Positions 25,911-34,227 of a stretch of 54,364 bases of DNA are shown in pieces (position 1 is the stretch's first letter; each line of letters starts with the position of its first letter). Source of the stretch: Enhygromyxa salina. GTDB taxonomy: Bacteria > Myxococcota_A > Polyangia > Nannocystales > Nannocystaceae. Below the pieces are notes generated by a model. That model saw only the letters and a list, made by a program, of their open reading frames with translations, did not search any database and was not told the DNA's origin. The stretch is from the NCBI RefSeq assembly GCF_002994635.1, contig NZ_PVNL01000139.1:146055-200418 (forward strand), read 5' to 3'. The position numbers were made by a program, and so were the translations under genes.

Positions 25911-28063
25911 GATTGCACTCCGTAGAACGAGCGAACCTGCGCGAGCCAGGCCCGAGGCGGCGAGTCCGATACCAGCGTGTCGAGGTCGGACTGAAGCTGC
26001 TCGACAAAGCCGTCGAGGTAGCCCCTCTTCTTGTCGCTGGCGTCGTCGTCGGGCAAGTGAACGGTCGAGAGCTCCCGCAGCAGCTCGGCCCCGTAGAACC
26101 AGATCGTGTCGCGCGAGAACGCCTCCGTGGCGGCCGCCTCGAGCATGCGCTTCCAGACCGCGCGCAGCCCCAACGAGCCGTCGATACCGAGCCGAAAGGC
26201 GGCAACCGAGGTCTCGGGATGAGCGAGTTCGGCCGCCACGCTCCACCACGCCTTGAACACGTCGGTGGGACCGAAGCCGAGCCCAAACAACTCGTCGAGC
26301 GGGGCGTCGGAGTCCGAGCCAGCCACGAGACGCTGTTGCGTCAGATGCTCGAGGCGTTCGCGTCCCAAGCGTCGGCCCAACAGCAGCAAGAGCTCGTAGA
26401 GGCCCAACAATCCTTCGCCGGGACCAACCGGGAGCGCGACGAGGTCGCTGACCAAGATCGGGATCGCGCATGCGAAGTCGCCGACGATCAGCGTGAGCTC
26501 GGCGCTGGATCGGTGGAGGTCGAACTCGTTGATGACCGTGGCCTGCGTGGGGGCCCCGACCCCGCTGGCGACGATGGCGTCGCGGTAGGTGAGTGACCAC
26601 GCAGGCAGCACGACCGCTTGGGTCCACTCGACGACCAGCGTTCGAGCGGCGGCGTCATACACCGCGTCGAGCACCGCCAGCGCGTAGTTGGGGCCCAGGT
26701 CGGGGAACTCGCGCTCGTGCACCGACACCGCGAGGTGTGGGCACGCGACGAGATCAGGGGCGATGTCGTCGAGCGCGAGCGACCCCTCGACCTTTTGCGC
26801 GAAGCACAGCTCGACGTTGCCAGTCTGCGCCGTGGTCAGCAACAACGCCTTGCGCGATGCGTTGGCCGAGCCCACGACGACCAGGGTCTCGCTGCGGCCC
26901 GCGGTCTCGTACGCGAGCACGAGCAGCTTGGCGTGGAGCGGGCGATAGACCAGCCGCCCATCGACCAACTGGGTCGTGGGGTGCAGCCACACCTGCATGG
27001 ACTCGAAGGCGGCGCGGGCGGATTCGAGGGCCGCGGGCGGTGCGTAGGCGCGGGGCTGCTCCAACGGCCAGAGGGTCTGTTTGGCGAGCGCGGCCTCGAT
27101 ACCCTTCAATGGCCACGACTGACGTTCGGCGTGCGCATCGAGGCCGTGGAGTCGGGTCCGCGCGACCTTGGTCGGGACCAGGTAGGTCACGGCCTCGTTC
27201 CCAGCCTCGTCTTTGCCGAGCCACCCCCACAAGCGGCCGAGACCGTCGGCGATGCGTGTGGTGTGTGACTGGGGCCGGACCGCCGGGTTCTCCCAGAGCA
27301 CGCCGACATCGAGGTGCGCGCTCGGACCGGCGAGCTGGTACAGACGGCCAAACACGGAGTCGAGCGACTCGGCGGCGGCTCGATCATCACGCTCGAAGAA
27401 CGGCGCCATGATCCCGACTCGCTCGATGACGGCGTCTGCAGGCAACAGCGCGAGCGCCTGGTCGAGGATGCAGCTATCCAGGGTCGAGTCGAGGCACGCG
27501 ACCGAGCTGTCCACGTCTCCCGTCCGCCCTGGCAGGCGGCGCTCGAACTCCTCCATGAACAAGTGAAGTTGCGTGCCTCGTCGCCGCGCAAACGCTGAAG
27601 CCCGCTCGATGCACCCGACCAGCTCGTGCAGCGTCTGCGCCTCCGACTGGATGTCGTAGCGAAGGTCGAGGGTGAGGAACAGCTCCGCGTTGCTCCCATA
27701 GCCAGCCGAGGTCAGGTTGCCCGATCCGACATGGACCCGAGCGAAGCCCTCGTAGAGCAAGATCGCCAGCTTCGAGTGAAAGACTCGGGCCGACACGTCG
27801 AGGAGGTCGTAGGCCAGGCGGCGTCCACCCTGGCGCACGCCGGCGTCCGCGATCACGGCGATCGGCGTGACTTGCAAGCTGGCGAGCGCCTCGTCGTGGT
27901 AGCGCGTCGGCTGCTCGACGGGGTCTGAGCTGAGCCGGAGGACCGCGCGCAGGACGTGGTTTTCGAAGAACGACGGGTCGAACGCGTAGGTGAGAAACAG
28001 GGCCCCGAAGCACATCTCCTCGGCAGCGAGACGGTCGAGCACCTTGCCGACGGCGACCTTCAC
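25907..28063 (-). CDS. phospholipase D-family (two HKD motifs) nuclease, 718 aa
   Basis: HKD motif 1 HSKLAILLYEGFARVHVGSGNLTSAG and HKD motif 2 HAKLLVLAYETAGRSETLVVVGSANAS; GTG start at 28063 preceded by GGGAGG (5 nt spacing), overlapping the upstream stop (GTGA). Confidence 0.8.
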   Translation of the reverse strand: MKVAVGKVLDRLAAEEMCFGALFLTYAFDPSFFENHVLRAVLRLSSDPVEQPTRYHDEALASLQVTPIAVIADAGVRQGGRRLAYDLLDVSARVFHSKLAILLYEGFARVHVGSGNLTSAGYGSNAELFLTLDLRYDIQSEAQTLHELVGCIERASAFARRRGTQLHLFMEEFERRLPGRTGDVDSSVACLDSTLDSCILDQALALLPADAVIERVGIMAPFFERDDRAAAESLDSVFGRLYQLAGPSAHLDVGVLWENPAVRPQSHTTRIADGLGRLWGWLGKDEAGNEAVTYLVPTKVARTRLHGLDAHAERQSWPLKGIEAALAKQTLWPLEQPRAYAPPAALESARAAFESMQVWLHPTTQLVDGRLVYRPLHAKLLVLAYETAGRSETLVVVGSANASRKALLLTTAQTGNVELCFAQKVEGSLALDDIAPDLVACPHLAVSVHEREFPDLGPNYALAVLDAVYDAAARTLVVEWTQAVVLPAWSLTYRDAIVASGVGAPTQATVINEFDLHRSSAELTLIVGDFACAIPILVSDLVALPVGPGEGLLGLYELLLLLGRRLGRERLEHLTQQRLVAGSDSDAPLDELFGLGFGPTDVFKAWWSVAAELAHPETSVAAFRLGIDGSLGLRAVWKRMLEAAATEAFSRDTIWFYGAELLRELSTVHLPDDDASDKKRGYLDGFVEQLQSDLDTLVSDSPPRAWLAQVRSFYGVQS

Positions 28064-29442
28064 GAGAGCCTCCCGAGATCGTGGAGCAGCCGCTGGACGA
28101 CACCAAGCTTGAACTCCGGAAACTGGGCCCTCGTGCGATAGCCCGTGTAGTTGGTGGCCTGCAAGATGAGCTTGTCGTCCTGCCGACGGATCCACGACCC
28201 TCCACCGCGCCGAGACTGCTGCACGGCCCGGTGAAACGCGAGCAGTCGATCGAGGGCCGTCGAGCTATCGGCAACCGAGAGCTCCACGACGAGCTGCATC
28301 ATGGGAGGCCCGTGGAACACGAGTCGGCGAAAGCGGGCCGAAGCCGGGGCATCGAGGACCTCGCGACACGCAGCACGCAGCTCGTCCATTTGTGCGGCTG
28401 GAAACGCGGCGCTGGCCGTGGCCGCGAAGTCGGCGACCCAGTTGTGGTCGTTGATGAACGCATAGGCGCTGGCGAAGCGATCGAGCACGAGCTGAGCGAA
28501 GCGGCCAAACGCGATCGCGGTCTGGACCAAGTCTCGCAACGGGGGATCGAGCGGGCCCCAACGGCCCTCCAACATCCCTTCGAGCAGCTCGGCGGACGCG
28601 TCCACGCCGTCCCGTCGAGCGGCGATCAGCTGGTGGGCGAGCGACAAGGTCGTGCCGTCGCGGGCGTTGAGGAACAAGGCTTGCCATAGCCGATCCTGCT
28701 GAGCCTTTCGGCCGCGCTCGGTCAGCGACGACAAGCGCGACATCTTCCCGACCTTGGCGAGCGAGATTCTTCCGTGCTTGCGCTCGATCGTGAGCCGCTT
28801 GGGGTCGAGGGCTCGGAGCGCGTACTCCTGGTACTGGCCCACGGCCTGATTTTGGTCGGGTTCGTCCCAGAACGCGTCGATGATCGTCCTGGCTGCCAGC
28901 GATGGTCGCAGCGTGCCAGGGACCACGAGCTTGTATGTCCGCAGCGACGACAGGTAGGCACCAAGGCTCCCCAGCTCGCTCTGACGAGAGATCAGGCTAT
29001 AGTCGAGCCGCAACGGCCTGGCTCCGTCGAACCACGCTCGCGTGGCCCCACGTATGCCTCGCATCCCGTCCGCGTGACCTCGCCCCAGCGACCGACCATG
29101 AGACTCGAGCGTGGCCAGTGCCCAGAACCGTTCCCAGCGCTCGAACAGCTTGGTGCGCGAGACGTCGTCGCTCGGGATGTCATACCGCTGACAAGCGAGC
29201 TCGGCGAGATGCAGCCCGTAAATGACGACGGCGTAGTTCTGTGCCCGGCTCGTACGGGTCGTGAACCCTTCGAACAGCCACAGGCCGACCTGTTGTCCGA
29301 GGTAGTCGAACGCCAGCGGGTCCTCGGGCGTGAAGTCGGAGTCGAGGTCGAGGGGCGCCGACCAGTATAGCGTCTTGGGCAGAGTTTTTTGTGTCAGCAA
29401 CATGAGATCACGACGACGGGTCGGCACGATATCCAAACGCAC
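28060..29442 (-). CDS. hypothetical protein (460 aa), first gene of the five-gene PLD/SNF2/McrBC operon
   Basis: GTG at 29442 with GGGAGA 8 nt upstream; high GC3 throughout; no recognisable motifs; stop overlaps the PLD start. Confidence 0.6.
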   Translation of the reverse strand: MRLDIVPTRRRDLMLLTQKTLPKTLYWSAPLDLDSDFTPEDPLAFDYLGQQVGLWLFEGFTTRTSRAQNYAVVIYGLHLAELACQRYDIPSDDVSRTKLFERWERFWALATLESHGRSLGRGHADGMRGIRGATRAWFDGARPLRLDYSLISRQSELGSLGAYLSSLRTYKLVVPGTLRPSLAARTIIDAFWDEPDQNQAVGQYQEYALRALDPKRLTIERKHGRISLAKVGKMSRLSSLTERGRKAQQDRLWQALFLNARDGTTLSLAHQLIAARRDGVDASAELLEGMLEGRWGPLDPPLRDLVQTAIAFGRFAQLVLDRFASAYAFINDHNWVADFAATASAAFPAAQMDELRAACREVLDAPASARFRRLVFHGPPMMQLVVELSVADSSTALDRLLAFHRAVQQSRRGGGSWIRRQDDKLILQATNYTGYRTRAQFPEFKLGVVQRLLHDLGRLS

Positions 29443-29500
29443 CCGTTTTGTCTCCCATGGGTCTCGCTCCGCGCGGTAGGAAGACTGCTAGATTTCAGCC

Positions 29501-29848
29501 GTGGGAATTCGAACCAAGGGCCGAAGGCGGATCGAGGTCGAGGGTCAGGCCTACCATTGGGACTACCGCGCGAGCGGGCGCGGGCCGGGGCAGATCACGG
29601 CCGACGACATGTACTTCGCGCCGCGGCCAGCGGTGGTTCGCATCATCGCCGAAGACAAGAGCCTCCTCGCGACCTGGGACGGCGTCCACCTCCACGTCGG
29701 CGAGCTGCGCCGGGAGCTGCGGCCCCACCACATCGCCCCGGTCACGCCCAAGCTCGTGCGCCAGCTGATCCAAGAGGCCCTGCGCCTACGCGGCTCGGAC
29801 CGAGATCCACGGATCACCCCAGCGCGGTGGTGGCTGGACTTCGAGTAG
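29501..29848 (+). CDS. hypothetical small protein (115 aa) at the right end of the island
   Basis: GTG start, high GC3, no homology recognised; may be non-coding. Confidence 0.3.
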   Translation: MGIRTKGRRRIEVEGQAYHWDYRASGRGPGQITADDMYFAPRPAVVRIIAEDKSLLATWDGVHLHVGELRRELRPHHIAPVTPKLVRQLIQEALRLRGSDRDPRITPARWWLDFE

Positions 29849-30309
29849 CACCCATACGATTGCAATCAAATCTGCGCGAGCACGTGGACGTCGCGGCCGA
29901 CCTGGCGCACGCAATCCACCAAATCCTCGAGCTCTTTGAGCTGCGCGCGGGTCATGGTGAAGGCGCCGATCGGATCGACAGAAACGAAGATCGTCAGCCA
30001 GCTCCCGGTCCAGCGAAACGTCGCGTTCGCGCGCTCGACCCGGGCGTCGGCGGCGTTGGAGTCGAGCAGGGTCCGGCGCCAGAGCCAGAGCTGGCGGCGT
30101 CGTAGGTGTCTGGATCCCCCTGCCCCGAGCGTCGTCGCGTCGATGAAGCGATCCTCGGAGCACCGGCACGCGGTCGAAGCATTTTTCACGGGGTCGGGCA
30201 CCGCGGGGGATGGTTCGGCTCCACCAGCGTCGAAGATCGGCACGGTGCTGGCAATGCCGCCCCACCAGCATGGCCAACATCAACGATCTCTTCCACGGCC
30301 TCGAGCGCC

Positions 30310-30428
30310 GAGCAGTTCGAGCTGGTGCTGCCGAGCGCGCTCGGGCCCGGGCTGCACCGCGTGGTCGCGCGCGCGCGGGACGTGCGGGGCAACCTCACGA
30401 CCGTGGCGCTCGAAGTCGGCGGCTGAGC
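30310..30428 (+). repeat. right copy of 119-bp direct repeat (attR-like); displaced pseudo-3'-end of gene 17845..19944
   Basis: Encodes ...FELVLPSALGPGLHRVVARARDVRGNLTTVALEVGG*, identical in 37 of 40 residues (5 nt mismatches) to the C-terminus of the 17845..19944 protein; the upstream part of ORF 30106..30426 is unrelated. Confidence 0.85.
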
Positions 30429-30573
30429 CCACGCCGCCCTCACGCCACGGGGCGTGAGTGTCAGCGCCGCTCAGAAGTTCGGCCGGCGGGCCGGCTGACA
30501 ACCCACGCATCCAACACATGCACGCGCCCAAACATCGTGGCACTCTGGGGGCCACACCCCGGGGCGCGGTTTC

Positions 30574-30876
30574 ATGACGGCACAAGCAGAGATCGAAGGC
30601 ATCCTCAGCACACTCGACGAGGCATACGATGAGCTGCGTGCGGCGAGGACACGGCTCGCCGAGCTGCTGCCGATGTCTGCGACCAAGCCGGGCGACAGCG
30701 GCCAAGCGCGAGTCGAATTCGTGGCCGGGCTTCAGCCCGACACCGAGGAAGTGAGCGGCGAAGAGCTGATCCGCAAGATCAACGCGGAGGCGTGGGAGCG
30801 GGCCCAACGGGCGCTCGTCAACGCAGCCGAGAAGGTCGAGCTCGCCCACAAGCACCTGCGCCGCGAGCTGGCGTGA
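30574..30876 (+). CDS. hypothetical small protein (100 aa, predicted helical)
   Basis: ATG start, high GC3; no family recognised. Confidence 0.4.
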   Translation: MTAQAEIEGILSTLDEAYDELRAARTRLAELLPMSATKPGDSGQARVEFVAGLQPDTEEVSGEELIRKINAEAWERAQRALVNAAEKVELAHKHLRRELA

Positions 30877-31540
30877 CAGGCTCGCGTCGAGCTGAACGAC
30901 TCGGCCCCTGGTTCTGCGGTTGTTCGGCTCATCCGTGAGCCAGACCCATGCTCGCTCGGCTGGTCAGGCCAAGAAGCTCAGCGCCTCGGCCCGAAGCCGG
31001 GCGCGCGGTGACTTGCCGCGAACGCGGGCCTTGGGTGGCTCGGCAAATCCGATGAGGTCGAGGCGGCGAACAATCTTAGTGATAAAGCGCATGGTCTTGC
31101 CTTTCTTGGCGGTTTAGCGGCTGGCGCCTCCCTCACGGCTTGTGGGTGGAGGTGATGCCTGACGTGCTTCTGTTTTACAGATACTGAATCTGGAGGTCAA
31201 CCTATTTGATGGAAAATTTTCATGTCACTGGATTTTTGAGGTTAGGCGCTCGGCCCCCTCAGATCGAGCTCCATTGGACCATTAGCTGGTTGAAATCGGC
31301 GTTCAACGTGATTCCAAGGCCGTACTATACGCATTATTTAGTAGTTTTACATACGAAATATGCTGATAATGAGGGCAGAATCGAGCGGCCCGACCAACAG
31401 CCAACCTGGAATTTCTAGCTGGGATTTCCAGCCCCACTGGAATTCTGGATTTTTGGTAGGCCCGCTCTCACCTACGGCAAAGGCCGGCCCCTCGACCGCC
31501 GAACGATCGAAGCACCGGCCTTTGGGGTGGCGAGGAGTTG

Positions 31541-31903
31541 CTAAGCGGACTTCGCGGCCTTGGCGGCCTTGCGAGCGCGTCGCTCTTGCGACTCCACGCG
31601 GTCGAGCAGCCACCCAAGCGTGCGCTTGCTGGTCAGCGCCTGCACGTAGTCCTTGTCGGCGGTCTTGTTCTCGGCCGCGGCGACCTTCTGGACCAGGCCC
31701 TCGCGCCCACCGTGGGCGGCGACCTTGTCGGACAGCGCCTTGAGGTGCAGCAACTTGGCGTTGGAGACCAGCGTCAGGCGCTCGGCCAGCTCGTCCTTGG
31801 ACTCGTCCTCGAGCGGCTCGAGCACGTCGGACAGCTGCTTGGCGAGCTCCTTCTTGGAGCCGTACTTCTCGTTGAGGATCTGGAGGGGTGTTTGCTTGGC
31901 CAT
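31541..31903 (-). CDS. hypothetical protein with Lys/Ala-rich C-terminal tail (possible nucleic-acid-binding)
   Basis: Internal ATG (MAKQTPLQILNEKYG...) with GGGAAGAG SD-like sequence upstream; C-terminus ...RRARKAAKAAKSA; followed on the plus strand by the hairpin AAAGGCCGG-N29-CCGGCCTTT (about 31468-31515). Confidence 0.5.
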   Translation of the reverse strand: MAKQTPLQILNEKYGSKKELAKQLSDVLEPLEDESKDELAERLTLVSNAKLLHLKALSDKVAAHGGREGLVQKVAAAENKTADKDYVQALTSKRTLGWLLDRVESQERRARKAAKAAKSA

Positions 31904-32017
31904 GGTTCTCTTCCCGTTGGGCACCGCCAACAGCAGCTGGCGGGAGGAGGGGGCCGGCATTGAAACTCAGGAACCGGGGCGCGTCCAGGCGCTGGGCGTG
32001 ACTTTTGGGGCGGGCGC

Positions 32018-33001
32018 TCAGGGTGCTGGCGTCGCGTGGGCCGCGGCCGCGAGCGCGGCGAAGTCACCAGCCTGAAGCTCGAGGCCGACCCGCACGCGGT
32101 CGCCGACGTTGCCCACGTTCACGCGCCCGAGCACGCCCGCGAGCGCGGCGGGGAGCTCCGCGGCGGCGTCCTTGCTCAGCAGGCCGTGAAGCCCCGCCGC
32201 GGCGGTCTGAGCTGCGGCGTCGGTCTCGAAGCCAGCCGTGAGCTCGACCCGCGCGCGCTCGCCGAGCTCGACGGCGCCGGTCAAGTTGATGGCCGCGGCG
32301 GCCTCGGGCACGCCCACGAAATTGAAGAGCATCGCAACTTGCGGCGGGAGATCGGCGGCGAGCCACGCAGCGGCGTGGGTGTCGACGGTGGTCAGCAGCT
32401 CGCGCTTGGCGTGCTTGGCCGCCGGCTTGGCTTCGCCCTCTCCGTCGATAAGCTCGCCGACCTGCCCCTGCCACCCGGCCGTGGCGAGCACGAGCAGGTT
32501 CGCGTTGACCAAGAACACCCGACCGTCGGGGAAGTCGATGATCTTCTTGCTGTCGTCGACGCTGATCTCCGCGCTGGGTGCAGCCCCGACCAGCCGCTGC
32601 GCCGCCTCGATCATGCAGAGCGCCCGCGCGTCCTCGCCGAACCCCGAGCCGGTCAGCGCGACCACGAATTCGTCGGCGTGCGTGCCGATCACCACGCTCT
32701 CGAAGCTGCGTAGCTCGAGGCCGCAGCCGTCGAGCGCCTGCTTGGCCTGCTGAAACTGGGGCTCGGCGGCCAGCTCGGCGGCGAACTGGCTGGCGAGCTG
32801 CGAGCTTGCGAACACGGTGGGGGTGAGCCCCGCGATGACGCTGGCCTCGTTGGGGATCAGCTCGATCGGCTGCGGGAAGGCCTCGCGTGCTGGCTGTGCC
32901 GGGGCGACCGCGACGGCGTCCGACTCGGCCTCGCGCCCGCAGCCCGAGCCAACAGCCACCGCCAGACCCAGCGCGAGCCTCACATACAGTCGCCTGGGCA
33001 T
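32018..33001 (-). CDS. hypothetical lipoprotein (tandem paralog 1)
   Basis: ATG at 33001 gives MPRRLYVRLALGLAVAVGSGC (lipobox); homologous to 33099..34007 (for example LIPNEASVIAGLTP vs LIPDEAEFIVGLNP). Confidence 0.6.
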   Translation of the reverse strand: MPRRLYVRLALGLAVAVGSGCGREAESDAVAVAPAQPAREAFPQPIELIPNEASVIAGLTPTVFASSQLASQFAAELAAEPQFQQAKQALDGCGLELRSFESVVIGTHADEFVVALTGSGFGEDARALCMIEAAQRLVGAAPSAEISVDDSKKIIDFPDGRVFLVNANLLVLATAGWQGQVGELIDGEGEAKPAAKHAKRELLTTVDTHAAAWLAADLPPQVAMLFNFVGVPEAAAAINLTGAVELGERARVELTAGFETDAAAQTAAAGLHGLLSKDAAAELPAALAGVLGRVNVGNVGDRVRVGLELQAGDFAALAAAAHATPAP

Positions 33002-33098
33002 GGTGGACGGTCGTTGGCCGGACATTTGTCGGGACGCTAGCACGCAAAAAGGGACCGTCACCGGTCCCTTTTTGAGCGCGAGCCAGTGGCTCGAGAGA

Positions 33099-34007
33099 CT
33101 AGAGCGGCATCTTGTCTTTGCCGGCCTTGATGTCGTCCATGCTGGCCGAGACGCCAACCTTGACGTCGGGGCCGGACGCCTCGATCTTCACGCTCTCGAC
33201 CACGCCCGCGAGCTCCGGGGGAGCCTGGCCCTTGAGGCCGTCGAACATCTCCTGGATCTTGTCGGCGGTCGCCTTGGCCTTGGCCTCGTCGCCGAAGCCG
33301 GCGATGAAGTCGAGCGCGACGCCCTTGCTCAGATCCACGCTGCCCGCGACGGTCTTGACGGCGGTCGCCTCGGGAGCGGCCATCGCGGCCATGCCAGCGA
33401 GTTCGGCGGGGACGTCGGCGATGAACCACACGGCGGCCTTGGCGTCGACCTTGCCGTAGAGGTCCTTCTTGCCGTTCTCGATCGCGGGGGTGCCCTTGCC
33501 GTCGATCAGCTCGCCGACCTTGTCCTCCCACGCGGTCGTGGACAGGGCCATCATGTTCTTGTTGACCAGGTAGGCCCGGCCGTCAGTGAACTGGATGACC
33601 TTCTTGCCGTCCTCTTTGCTGACCTCGGCGGCCTCTTCCTCGCCGCTCATCTTCTGGATGTTCTTGATGACGCACGAGGCGTTGTCGTCCTCGCCGATCC
33701 CGTCACCGACGATGACCGCGACGAAGTCCTCGGTCTGGCTGGCACCGATCACGACCGCGTCGAACTCGGTGGGCTTGAGCCCGCAGTCCTCGAAGGCCTT
33801 CATGGCCTCCTTGAAGTCATCTTCCTTCTCGAACTCCGAGGAGAACTCCTTGTAGAGGTCCGAGCCGGTGATGGTCTTGGGGTTCAACCCAACGATGAAT
33901 TCAGCCTCGTCGGGGATGAGCTTGACTGCGTCGGCGCTCGCTCCCCCCTTGCAGGCGGGAAGAACCAACAGGGAGACAGCCAGCGACGTCGTCCAGATAC
34001 GCTTCAT
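33099..34007 (-). CDS. hypothetical lipoprotein (tandem paralog 2, Lys/Glu-rich, lower GC)
   Basis: ATG at 34007 gives MKRIWTTSLAVSLLVLPAC (lipobox); AAG/GAG-rich codon usage unlike its neighbour. Confidence 0.6.
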   Translation of the reverse strand: MKRIWTTSLAVSLLVLPACKGGASADAVKLIPDEAEFIVGLNPKTITGSDLYKEFSSEFEKEDDFKEAMKAFEDCGLKPTEFDAVVIGASQTEDFVAVIVGDGIGEDDNASCVIKNIQKMSGEEEAAEVSKEDGKKVIQFTDGRAYLVNKNMMALSTTAWEDKVGELIDGKGTPAIENGKKDLYGKVDAKAAVWFIADVPAELAGMAAMAAPEATAVKTVAGSVDLSKGVALDFIAGFGDEAKAKATADKIQEMFDGLKGQAPPELAGVVESVKIEASGPDVKVGVSASMDDIKAGKDKMPL

Positions 34008-34227
34008 GGTCGTCGGCTTATACGCGGGCGCAACTCTCGCGGTCAAGCCGGTGTGCACCCGCTCGCGCACGAAAGATTCTCACTCGGCTGATCGGCGGCT
34101 CGCGCGGCTCGCCGAACAGAGCACCGCTCGCTTCTCTAGGCCGTTCTGCGGCGGCGCGAAGTTAGCGCGGACGGTTTGGAGACGCGATGTGCAGGATCGA
34201 GCCTGCCCGGCTACCATCCCCGCGCTC

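Noticed and set aside
22962-26627. 1221-aa version of the helicase ORF
   Set aside because: The first 239 codons overlap the PLD gene in another frame and are Arg/Gly-rich junk; the ATG at 25910 forms an ATGA overlap with the PLD stop and precedes helicase motif I
29501-29516. tRNA T-loop-like string (minus strand GGTTCGAATTCC) near the island edge, a tempting tRNA integration site
   Set aside because: Flanking bases cannot form a T-stem or acceptor stem; no cloverleaf can be built; the string is just a GAATTCGAAC palindrome
19947-30309. Search for an integrase/recombinase or methyltransferase inside the island
   Set aside because: No ORF with tyrosine-recombinase (R...HxxR...Y) or serine-recombinase motifs, and no SAM-binding MTase motifs (FxGxG / DPPY / NPPF) were found in any frame
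30106-30426. 106-aa ORF that could be taken as a small gene
   Set aside because: Its C-terminal 40 residues are the duplicated 3' end of gene 17845..19944 (att-like repeat); the N-terminal part is frame read-through of non-coding DNA, so it is a pseudo-fragment, not a gene
31050-31092. 42-aa basic minus-strand ORF (MRFITKIVRRLDLIGFAEPPKAR...)
   Set aside because: Too short, no recognisable family (not L36/S21-like); left uncalled
31538-31963. Plus-strand 141-aa ORF overlapping gene 31541..31903
   Set aside because: Antisense to a minus-strand ORF that has better start context and a plausible basic C-tail; Gly/Leu-rich translation typical of an antisense frame
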